Assembly: GCA_051942245.1 (NCBI GenBank) | Contig: JAVECL010000055.1 | Coordinates: forward strand, 49,538 to 69,537 | DNA length: 20,000 nt | Source: Trypethelium eluteriae | Taxonomy: Eukaryota | Reading direction: 5' to 3' | Part shown: piece by piece, positions 1-10,400 of the stretch | How positions within the stretch are numbered: position 1 is the stretch's first letter | How the letters are laid out: each line of letters starts with the position of its first letter | The notes under the pieces: model-generated | Seen by the model: only the letters and a program-made list of their open reading frames with translations | Database searches by the model: none | What the model was told of the DNA's origin: nothing | Position numbers and translations under genes: made by a program

Positions 1-1895
1 TTGGTGCGAGCATATGGATTTGTCGCGCATATGAGATGAGTAGGATCCATTGGTCCTTTTCCACATTGGATGAACCGATGGGCTGCTTCAGCATAGCATT
101 GTAGTTTCAGATACCCTCTTGTTTCAGTATTATCGGAGTGGTTAGCGTCTCCTGATACTACATGAGTCACAGTTAATGATCCTCGATGATTTAGCCGACT
201 AAGTGGTCATGCACCTGTCTAATTGGGAGAAGTGAAGAGCGTCAAGATGTCTTCCCGACTTTCCAGACCCAAAATAAACTCGAAATTACAATTCACTCTC
301 CGTGGAGGCGTCCGGTGTATCTTGACCTCGAGTTCTGGGTTTTGCTTGGCTTCTCATGGCTGAAGCAACTTCCGTGGATTTCAATGCTTCTAGTCTTATT
401 GATAAATCTCCGAGGTGACCCACAGCATGAAGGAGCGGAGTTTTCTTAGATGAAACTTTTCTAGTCCCTCGATTCCGAATTTTCCATTTTCATAGCAGGT
501 GGAGTAAGCAGGTCTCGAGCAGATTGATCAAGGCGGGAAGTCATACTGGACGATCATTGTGCTAAAGTTCTTTGTCCACAGGCCTATCGTTGCGATAGAT
601 GCACCAGGATCGTGCAAGCATCCGCAGGCCAGCGCAAAAGGTTCTGCCCTATGAGACACACCGATTTGACTGCATTAGGCAGTGGTAAGGTTTCAATGTC
701 AAAATGGTAAGCAAATGGTATTGCTTGGATGCTCATATTTCTCACATTGCATTACCTGGGAAGCCCCAGACTTAAACGCACTCTGCGACATGAGCCACTA
801 GGTAAGCTGGGTCGAGCCTTCTCAGCCAGAGACGAATCACCATTGGAAACGTATCAATAATTGCGAGCGGTATGGCGGTATGGACTGTGGACCTCGGCTC
901 TAAGGCAAGGTGCGGCGACTCGGATGCACGTCGACTCGCCCGAGCTAATTTGTGGCCTGAGCACTGCAAGATAAGCTTTTCGTTCCGATGAAGAATGAAA
1001 TGCATCTGCGGCTAATTTAGAGTGCTGGAGTCTCCGTGGGACTGGCCGTGGTATTGGGACTGGCTGAGCTGCCACGGACGCAGCTTTGGTGTAGGTCCAA
1101 AAATGAAAGGTGCACCGAGTAGGTCTTCTAACTCTTCCAGCAACACTAAATACAAATCAAAGTCCATACATGGGGGCACTGAACTTGCGCTGGGACGAGT
1201 ATCTATCTTTTAGTCAACGATAAACTTAAAGATCTGTCAAGCTGTTTGAGGTAGGTTGCAATATTCGACGCCTCCAAGATGAGGATCTCTGCGATAAACA
1301 TTTTCGATCTGCTCGAAAAGTGGAACTGTTGAACCTCAGACTCAAGAACGTAGGATATGCTGACATGGAAGATAGACACCTGCTGGTTCGCTTATTGATT
1401 CAAGCCATAGTGCAGACGGTGCATATGTCAAGCTATAAATAGCTAGGGCGGAATCGAATCCCTTGTCAAAAGAATTCTCGTTTGAGGGTCTGAGTTTACT
1501 GAGATAAATCAATCCAGAATGATGCCATCCACATGCGACCGGCTACATGGTTTGTACAAGTATAAGCGAGAAGATGCTATCGAAATCGTTCTGATAAAGT
1601 TAATCTTCGGAACAGTTCTGCAGCATGCCATGCAACCCGCCCCGATGGTCGATGTCGTGTGATAGCCACGATGCAATAAAGCCGAGGCCAATAGCTGCCA
1701 GAAAATTGAATCTCTAGTCAGGACAAGATCTGCGGGTCAATATGGAGACTGAGGGAGCTGCAACTGATCGAGAGCTGCCGGTCTACAGAGCAATCGTTTC
1801 GTTAGATCTCGACAAAAGACAGGCACCTCACTCAAGAGGTCTTAAATCAATACTTGCACGCTACCCCAAATCAACTTGGCAACTCATAGTCAGTC

Positions 1896-2921
1896 ATGGC
1901 AACTACAGAAATTTCGCAGCAAGCTCCAGCCGGTCGTCTTGCTGACAAGGTCGCCATCATCACGGGCGCATCATCTGGTCTTGGCCGAGCCATTGCACTG
2001 GCTTATTCTCGTGAGGGCGCGAAGGTTGTCTGCGCTGATTTACGAGAAGATGCTCGTTCTCAGATCAAGACCGAGACGATGATATCTACAGTGCAACTGT
2101 TACAGAAGGAGGCAGGGAAAGATCGCGTCATTTTTTGCAAGACTGATGTCAGCAAAGCCGAGGAGATAGAGGCCTTGGTGGAAAAGGCTGTGGAAACTTT
2201 TGGACGTCTGGATGTGTAATAAGACAACTCTTCTTTTCAAGGAAAGCCGGATCTTACTAACTGTCCGCAGCATGGTTAACAATGCCGGAATCGCGCCTGA
2301 GCCAACATTCATGCACAGAGCGACGGAGGAACAGTGGGATCTCGTGATGAACGTCAACGCCCGCTCGGTATTCCTAGGCTGCAAATACGCAATCTCTCAA
2401 ATGTTGAAGCAGCTACCGCACTCAAGCGGCGACCGTGGATGGATCGTAAACATGTCATCATGCGCTGGAATAGTCGGTCTGCCCAGGACACGTAAGTTGG
2501 GCCTTGATTCGATTGATTATAGACCCACTTCTTGAGATCGGACTAATTTGTCGGTGCTGTAGCAACTTACTCTGCCGCAAAGGGTGCTGTGGTTTCAATG
2601 ACAAGACAAGTAGCAGTAGACTACGCAAGGCATCGAATTCATTGCAATGTACTGTGCCCAGGCTGTGAGTAACATAGCAATCCCGATCAAATGATTCTGG
2701 ATCAGTCATTAATTGAAATAGATACACAAACGGCCATACTCGCAGACACATTCTCACAACTCCCTGCCGGGTCATCCGTAGCTCTCGGAGCTATGCATCC
2801 CTTCAAAGGTCTCGGTTCCGCTGAGGACATAGCTGGTCCGGCCGTCTTCTTGGCCAGTAAAGATGCACAATGGGCCACAGGAGTAGTGATGCCAATCGAT
2901 GGCGGCTATAGTGCACAGTAG
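1896..2921 (+). CDS. Classical short-chain dehydrogenase/reductase (SDR), ~280 aa; exons 1896-2215, 2271-2491, 2563-2664, 2722-2921
   Basis: TGASSGLG Rossmann motif. Asp in 'CADL' suggests NAD(H) preference. Splicing restores RLDVMVNNAG, the catalytic YSAAK (YxxxK) and CPGYTQT; C-terminus is IDGGYSAQ*. Three GT-AG introns (55, 71, 57 nt) have branch-like TACTAAC/GACTAAT/CATTAAT and keep the frame (843 nt total). Confidence 0.93.
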
Positions 2922-3529
2922 GCCGACCACAAAATGTGAATTGAGCATTTGGTTTTGCATGTAACCAAATTTTTGCACGTGTCCCTGTTATCTGGATAGA
3001 GTAGACCGTTCATTGATGCGCATTTCTCATTCAACGCTGGCCATATATGCGTGTGGATTCGGCTAAGCATGGATGTTAGATCATTCGACCAATGCTATCC
3101 TTACATCAAGTCAATCCTTAACAATTGCTTCATATTGCGCAAGATCCTCCATATCACGGGCGTAGGAAAGGAATTTTAGAGCAGAGTTCTTTTGGCGCTT
3201 TGACCAGCTGAGGAAGATTGGCCTCTATGCCTCACGACAAACTCAACCGTCTAAAATTCGAACACTGTCGATATCCAATGTTTCGTTCTGTTTGCAATTG
3301 AATGCTAAATGGTTCAATGTCGCAAGCTGCGTAGACCTTGATATGCAATCAATAAGGTAGGAGTTAAGAAGTTCTGATAACCCAATTGCGGACGAGACCG
3401 GACAAGCAGCAGGGTGGTGAAGTGCGTCACACCACATATGCTAAGAGTCAGAGCTATCAAATTTCTTACCATGAAAAGACGTTTCTCTTCCTTCCACCCA
3501 TCGATTTGCTTGCTATTCGTGCTACGCAA

Positions 3530-5058
3530 ATGGCGCTGAACGACCTGCTTGTGAGCCTTGTAGATGCGATTCCTGCACTTCCAATTTTCACTCTCATCTC
3601 TGCCCAGCTTCTACTCCTCATATTTACGATCGGAATCTATACAATCTATTTTCATCCCCTCTCCCACATCCCTGGTCCCCTCATTTCTAAGCTTACCTCC
3701 CTCTGGATCTACTACCACAGCTACATTGGCGACGAGCCAGCCCTGATCGATCGTCTTCACCAAATTTACGGGCCCATCGTCCGGGTCTGCCCCAATGAAG
3801 TCGACATCTCGGACGGCAATGCACTGAACCCAATTTACGTTTCCGCCGGCGGCTTTGGCAAAGCCCCCTGCTACGCCAACTACGACATTGACGCCCACCC
3901 GACCATCTTCTCTGCGCTGAACCTTGCGCACCGCTCCCCGCGGGCAAAAGCTGTGTTGCCGTTGTTTGCGCCTGCGAGCATCCGCGCGAGCACGGATGTG
4001 TTGAAGGAATGTGTGGAGCGTTTCGTTGAGCGATTAAAGCTGGAGGCGCGGTCAGGGAAACCGGTGAATGTGCTAAATTTGAGTCGGAGTTTGGCGCTGG
4101 ACGTGGTATCGGCGTACCTCTTCAGTGAGAGCTATGGAGGGGTGAAGGAGGCGGGCGAAGAGTTGAGTGCGAGTCGGTTTGTGGATGCATTTGTCGCGGT
4201 GGGAAGGTTCTTCTATTTGCCTACGTGGGCCTTTGTGGTTGCAGAAGCGATAACAGCAAGGCTGTATCCGAGTACGAATAAGGTTGCTGACGTGAGCATA
4301 GCGCGGGTAGAAGGGTTCGTGGGAAAGTTAGTGGAAGAGGCGGTTCAGGGAGAAAGGAAGGGGTCCTATCAAGAGAGAATGTTGAAAGCGGGTGTTGCGA
4401 AGGACGAGGTAGAATCGCAATGTAAGGACGTGATATTCGCTGGGACGGACTCAACCGGGATGAACTTAGGGACGATATGTTGGAGTCTAGTGCAGAATCC
4501 AGAACAGTTCGTTCACCTCTACCCGGTCCACTTTGCTCTAGAGAAAGGCTAACTCGGTAAAGATACGAGAAACTACGCAGAGAAATACTAGAAGCTAAAG
4601 AAGCCACCCCAGATGCCGACCCTCAGACTCTACCCTATCTCCGCGCAGTTGTGAAGGAGGGTCTCCGCGTGTCGATGGCAAATCCGACCCGTCTTCCCCG
4701 TATTGTCCCGTCAACCGGCTGGACCTTCAAACATGTCTTCCTTCCTCCAGGGACTATTGTTTCCTGCCAAATGTATAGCCTCCATTTCAACCCCACCATT
4801 TTTCCACAGCCATCCAAGTTCCAGCCTGAAAGGTGGCTAGACCCAAGTGCGGAAATGCTGAGGGATCATATACCGTTCGGGATCGGCACGCGTCAGTGCA
4901 TTGCACGCAATCTTGCCAGTGCTAACTTGTTCATGAGTGTGCAAAAAATTGTGGAGGACGACTGCCTTAGGGGTGCTAGCGTGACACGAAGTAGTATAGA
5001 AAGGCTATATTGGTTCAATTCAAAGGCCAGTGAGGGGAAGATTGAGTTGGTTTGGTGA
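3530..5058 (+). CDS. Cytochrome P450 monooxygenase, ~490 aa; exons 3530-4506 and 4563-5058
   Basis: N-terminal membrane anchor followed by HPLSHIPGP, YGPIVRVCPNE, I-helix AGTDST, ExxR (KEGLR), PERW and heme motif PFGIGTRQCIA. Intron 4507-4562 (GTTCGT...GCTAAC...AAG) joins the two ORFs in frame. First in-frame ATG is at 3530; the ORF-track start at 3386 is a TTG. Confidence 0.93.
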
Positions 5059-5462
5059 AAGGTCATGACGGATGTACAAATTGAATAGCTCAATGTGATC
5101 ACCTCGCAATAAATAAGATCCGCTTAGGTATATTCAGCTAGAGGAGAAGAAGAAATCGGTATAGCCCCCGGTCTGTAAGGCGCTGAAAGTGAAAACTCAC
5201 AGTGGGCGAAAAAATACATGCTTTACATCAGAACCGCATATACGCAAACATGACCCCTTTTTACGTCGACCAGGAATCGCAGGCTGAGCTAGCTGACACT
5301 CGATGCTGGCGGAGATGCTGTCACTAGACTCAGCCAACCGGCGATATCTACCTAAGGTCTACGGGATAGAGGTAGCACAGTAGGTACAGACTGATACGAT
5401 CACTCAATTCAGAACTTCGTCGGCGGAGGTTTCGGAGCGGTCTCGGTGGTTGGATCACTGGC

Positions 5463-5490
5463 CTAGCCACAGTTAGCCACCTGTGGCTGA
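5463..5490 (-). promoter_or_regulatory. Candidate Rpn4/PACE-like element cluster upstream of PRE10
   Basis: TTAGCCACC (5473-5481) reads GGTGGCTAA on -, one mismatch from yeast PACE GGTGGCAAA. It sits between inverted arms AGCCACAG (5465-5472) and CTGTGGCT (5481-5488), about 145 nt upstream of the ATG. Confidence 0.4.
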
Positions 5491-5626
5491 CACCTCTCGG
5501 ACGCGCATCGTCGTGACAGCCTGAAGCTGCAATAACTGTCCCTTCAACTGCCTTCGCCCGTGAACTTCTTCTCATTTCCCTGCAGACTCTCCACTTGACA
5601 GATCAATCAGGTCTGCTTGTCCCGCC

Positions 5627-6650
5627 ATGGTAAGTTCAGAACTTATCGTATTATCTCAAAAGTCCTTGCAAAGCCCCTTGTCTTTCTTGAAGGCTGACTA
5701 GAGCTTCCGGTTAGACGTCGATTGGCACAGGCTATGATCTTTCCAATTCAGTCTTCTCTCCGGATGGCCGAAACTTTCAGGTTGAGTACGCAGTCAAAGC
5801 AGTCGAGAATGGAGGGACAGCCATAGGCATAAGATGCAAGGATGGAGTCGTGCTCGCTCTCGAGAAGCTCATCCACAGTCGATTACTCAAAAAGGATGCG
5901 AACAAGCGAATAGCGACAGTCGACCGCAAAGTGGGTGTCGTTTCTGCCGGACTACTACCCGATGGCCGCCATTTCGTATCCCGCGCACGAGATGAGGCTG
6001 CACAATGGCGAAGCATCTACAAATCACCGATACCTACATCGTCCCTTGCTGATCGTATGGGAGGTTATGTCCAAGCTTATACACTCTACTCAAGCGTGCG
6101 ACCCTTCGGTGTGACCGCCATTGTCGGTGGATGGGACTCTGAAGCAGAGCTTGGAGTGGATGGCCAAGTCGGCTCAGGACCAAAAGTTGGTGCAGGAGGC
6201 AAGCGAGAAGGCGCAAAATCTGGAGGCCCGTATCTATATATGATCGAACCGAGTGGACTATACTGGGTAAGTTCTATTTGTTTGGACGAGTATGCTTTTC
6301 TATGCGCCTAACGTTATCAGGGCTATTATGGCGCGGCTACGGGAAAGGGCAGACAGGCTGCAAAGGCTGAGCTTGAGAAGCTTAACCTTGCGGACGGGGA
6401 GATATCGCTTGAGCAGGGCGTTAAGGAGGCGGCTCGCATCATTTATGTCGCGCACGAGGACAGCAAGGATAAGGAATTTGAGCTTGAGATGACCTGGGTC
6501 AGCTCACTGGAGGGACCAACAAAGGGACATCACCAGGAGGTACCGAAGGCGCTAAGGGAAGAGGCCGAGAGGTTGGCCAAGAAATCTTTGGAACCGGAGG
6601 ATGAAGAAGAAGAAGCAAGGGTAGAGGGAGGTGATAGAATGGAAGAGTAG
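5627..6650 (+). CDS. PRE10: 20S proteasome core subunit alpha7 (Pre10/PSMA3), ~294 aa; exons 5627-5629 (ATG only), 5715-6266, 6321-6650
   Basis: Spliced N-terminus MTSIGTGYDLSNSVFSPDGRNFQVEYAVKAVENGGT is the alpha7 signature. Also YTLYSSVRPFG, LYMIEPSG, GKGRQAAKAELEKL, KDKEFELEMTW and an acidic tail. Introns 5630-5714 (GTAAGT..GCTGAC..TAG) and 6267-6320 (GTAAGT..CCTAAC..CAG). Confidence 0.97.
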
Positions 6651-7303
6651 TACTCACCTGTGCCAAGGGTGCTGTGAGTACTGCATGTCAACATACAAGG
6701 ACGCCAAACCCGGCCGACCCGTATACTGTACTAATAGCGAATATTGCAAACAACTACATCGGCCGATGGCTTCATCTTGGGGGTTTGCAGAAAAGACTTC
6801 CCCATGTGCATGCTACTCTCTTCCCATCCTTTCACTCCGCAACGAATCCAAAAATGAGATCGAAGGCATAGACTAATAATTCCACCTGACGTCCGTCTAG
6901 ACTCTCTCATCTAAGATATTGCTAACTGTAACTCGCGGAATGGCCGTTATGTACAGACAAACGTATATAAGATGTAGTGTAAGAGAAGCAAAATTAAGGG
7001 GTTCATCGAGATTGAGGATACGTAAACTACCTACCTAGAGTAGTAGTATGACCTCGAAAAATCCCCGAAAGTCTTTGCGACCCAGCAGTATTTTGGTGAA
7101 CTCGAGTCAATAGATTACACCTGCATATAAATTTACCTTACTAGACCCTTACCTTACTTATTAGGTTCCAATCCAGACGGGTACGGACCGAAGCCGTACC
7201 TGCATTTTGAGATTAGCGAAGGATCAAAGGCCATCGTCTCAAGGTACGGTAACGTCATCAAGCGTTTGCCTTACTCTCATATTTCTGAAGTGAAGAACTC
7301 TAG

Positions 7304-7312
7304 GTTGCCACC
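7304..7312 (-). promoter_or_regulatory. Candidate Rpn4/PACE-like element upstream of ECM29
   Basis: GTTGCCACC reads GGTGGCAAC on -, 8/9 match to GGTGGCAAA, about 183 nt upstream of the ATG. Confidence 0.4.
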
Positions 7313-7494
7313 ACGACGCACACATCACTGCCTAGCCATAACACCACATGTTGCTGAATAATACGGCGCGTAGCATAGCGTGATCGAGCACCATCAACAA
7401 TGTGCAATGTAAAGTTCTTCGTCACTTCTCAGTCCGACTTCTCTTTTGTTCTTGTCAGGCCAATCTCGACGTCAGGTTCATCTCCTCCACGACC

Positions 7495-10400
7495 ATGGCA
7501 TCGACACAACAATCTCCAGAAGCCAGAGAGCTCTCTCTTGTGGGCAAAGTGGAGTTGAGAATCGCCTTGGCAAATACAGATACCCAGTTACAAGACCTCC
7601 TGAATACCTACCTTGCTCCGTTACTCCTCAAACTCGCATCGGAGCATCGTGCGGTACGGGATAAAGTCATCACTATTTGCCACCACATCAAGAGTCGGAT
7701 CCAACCACCTTCTATCAAGCTTCCAGTTTCGGCGCTATTGAAGCAGTTCAAAGAACACTCGCATAAGCCACTTGTCCGCCAGTTTGATCTGCAGTACATT
7801 CAGCAAGGTCTTTCACGGCTATCGAGATCCGAACAAGTCGATCTGTTGCCCGACTTAATTCACGGCATCGCGAGAACCTCAACATCATCTCTAGAACATG
7901 CATCGCAGATTTTCTTCCTGCTCTTACGGGTAATGACACAATATGATCTACCTCCGAGGGAATCGAACCAGGATCGAGAGCTACAAAGCCAACTTCAAGT
8001 TGCTGAGGAAGATGTAGATTTCCTCAGACGCCGTTTCGGTGATCTTATCCTTTTCAATCCAACACCCACCAAGAGTGTCCCAGGCCTTACTGCGGACGAA
8101 TATAAATTTCTAGATTCCGAAGAAAGGCCTCAAACTTGGGATCAAAAGTCTGGAGGAGGGCTTAATCTCGCAGAAACGAAGTACATGATCTGCCAATGGC
8201 TTACGAGCGATATCTTCACCCATGATCAACGCCTCGTACCGGCCTTATTCGCCTCCGCAGACGCCAACCCGCGAGTATCAGAGCTCGGAGATGACCTATT
8301 GAAACGAACGCTTCCAAATATCAACCTCGAGGATGAGGCGCTCATCAATGTACTTTTTGGCTTTTATTTTGGTGGTCCAGTGACCTCGCCAGCGCGCGCC
8401 CCATTACGAATCAAAATCTTGACTCTCATCAGTAAGTCTCTCCTCAGTACTACTTTTGCCGATAAGATCGTGCAATTGGTCGAGGACGGACTTCTGAGCG
8501 AACAAGTCGAGAGGATCATGGTGCGTGGTCGAGAGACTACGAAGATGCGAACCGCAATTTTCAACTACATCAATTTCGTCGCGCGACAAGGCACTGGTTC
8601 CAGTACGCGAGCGGTAGCACATAAGCTAGTGTATGCTCTCAAAGACTTCATCGAAACCCAAGGGTGGCCTGTCGCTAACCCCGGAGAGGATTGTGCACTT
8701 CGAGGTCTTGGTTACGAGATCATAGGATTGTTTCTAAAGGCCGGTCCTCCCGAGCTATTGCAGGAGGAGAATCTCGAGTTACTCCGCTGGCTGTTCCGAT
8801 CTCTACGAGAGGATAACTCGGGAAACAGTACGTCCGTGAGCCTGGAAGAGACATTGTCTACCCTTATGGGTGCTTTCAGCCACGTTGAAGATCGAGACGT
8901 TGAAGATAGTCTACGACAGTTTCTTCTCGAGCAAATGAACGACCTCGATCAGTCAGATAATGCCGCCGCAAGATTAGGCAAGCCTTCTTTCAGTCGAAGC
9001 ACACGTTACATCACCGTTCGTTTTGCCAATCGATGCCTCCCATATCATGATGTCGTCGCTCGATGGGTCGATGTTCTTGCTCTTGAGCATGGCAGCCAGG
9101 AGAGACATGAAGTCATCGAAGAAGCAAAGAAAGGCCTAGACCCTTATTGGCACCTAATGAACCAAAGCTGGGACGAGCGTTCGAATAGATCGGGTGATGT
9201 GAACCAGCCTCAAGAATTAAGATTCCCCGACTTTTCAAGTACTGCATCCTTCTTTCTGGGACTCGTTGATCATCAAAACCTTCCAGCTGCTGATTGCTAC
9301 CAAGAAAGTCCTGGTTCCGCTGCCGCACTACAAGGACGTCAACCAGCCGCGTGTTCAGCGGCTGTGAGATTTTGCCGACAGATGCTGGTTGTGGAAGCAA
9401 TGACTGCGTCCGAGGAGCCCAACATCAGCATTAACGCGGACTGGGAGCGTAAAGTGGACTTGACCGTTGCAACCAGCGGAGCTGCAAGATTGGCCATTTT
9501 AAAGGCTCTGCGAGTTGCCGAGGAGAGCGAATCTAAGAACCACCATCCAGTATTGGAGCTTCTCAAGGCCTCGTCTCAATGTTTCCAGAAATTCGAGGGT
9601 AGCTCACCGGGTTTCGCAGATTGTCGTCGACAGTGTGGAGAGATCTTCATCGAGCTATGCTCTTTAAGCTCGAATGCCTTTCTTTCTCCCATCATTTCTG
9701 TTGCATTAAACTTAGAGAGGCAGATAGAGGCAAACGATCCACAAACGCGGGCACTAGCAGCCCAGGCATTTGGGATTCTGGCCACGCATGAACGGAGTCA
9801 TTGGTCCCGAGTTTTTGACGTTCTTCACGGTCTCCAGAAAACATGCCAGATAAGCAGCACAGCAGTTGGAGCACAAGTCAATAAGATCCATGGAGCTCTC
9901 CTTGCGCTCGGCTTTTTCTTCAGTCGTCTGTCGTTTCGCCGCGGCGAGGCTCATGAGGAAAACTGGTTTCAACAAAATTTTGATCAATTTCTCAAGGTCC
10001 TCTTCGCAATTGTGCAAAAGTCGAAGGACGCACTGCTACTAGATGCCACTTTTACCGCTCTTGACCAAGTTGCTTTGTTTCATGCTATTACGCCGGAGAT
10101 GATCTCGAAATACGTCAGTCTTGAAGAACTGGTTCTGAAGGTTGCAAACACCGCCAAATCAGGGAACGAGAAAGCAATCGCCTGTTTAGCTCATCTTGCA
10201 ATGGTGATTGAAGGTAAGGACGAAAGTGAGAAGGCGTACGTGAAGAGCATCGAGGAATCCTTGCATGACCTGCATGAAATCAAACAGACAGAAAGTCAAT
10301 TCGCCGTAGGAGAAGCTTTGAGTTGTCTGGCTTGTGGGTGGGACTCCAAGGCTCTGGCAACGAAGATCGACGTGGAAGCAAGCGTTCCAGAAATTTCGAA

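Noticed and set aside
2919..2939. Readthrough of the SDR stop would add ADHKM*, a possible cryptic peroxisomal PTS1
   Set aside because: HKM does not fit the canonical [SAC][KRH][LM] pattern, and the TAG-G context is not the TGA-CTA readthrough motif.
5627..5714. ATG-only first coding exon of PRE10
   Set aside because: An intron directly after the start codon is common in fungal housekeeping genes.
6135..6230. Gly-rich insertion in alpha7 (SEAELGVDGQVGSGPKVGAGGK...)
   Set aside because: In frame, with no splice signals needed. As far as I recall it is a common feature of filamentous-ascomycete Pre10, so it is not novel.
7131..7166. CCTTA-like short repeats resembling telomeric units
   Set aside because: Only a few degenerate units and not TTAGGG; ordinary low complexity.
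7402..7494. N-terminal extension of ECM29 shown in the ORF track (likewise P450 from 3386)
   Set aside because: These begin at GTG/TTG codons. Strong ATGs at 7495 and 3530 match the expected protein starts.
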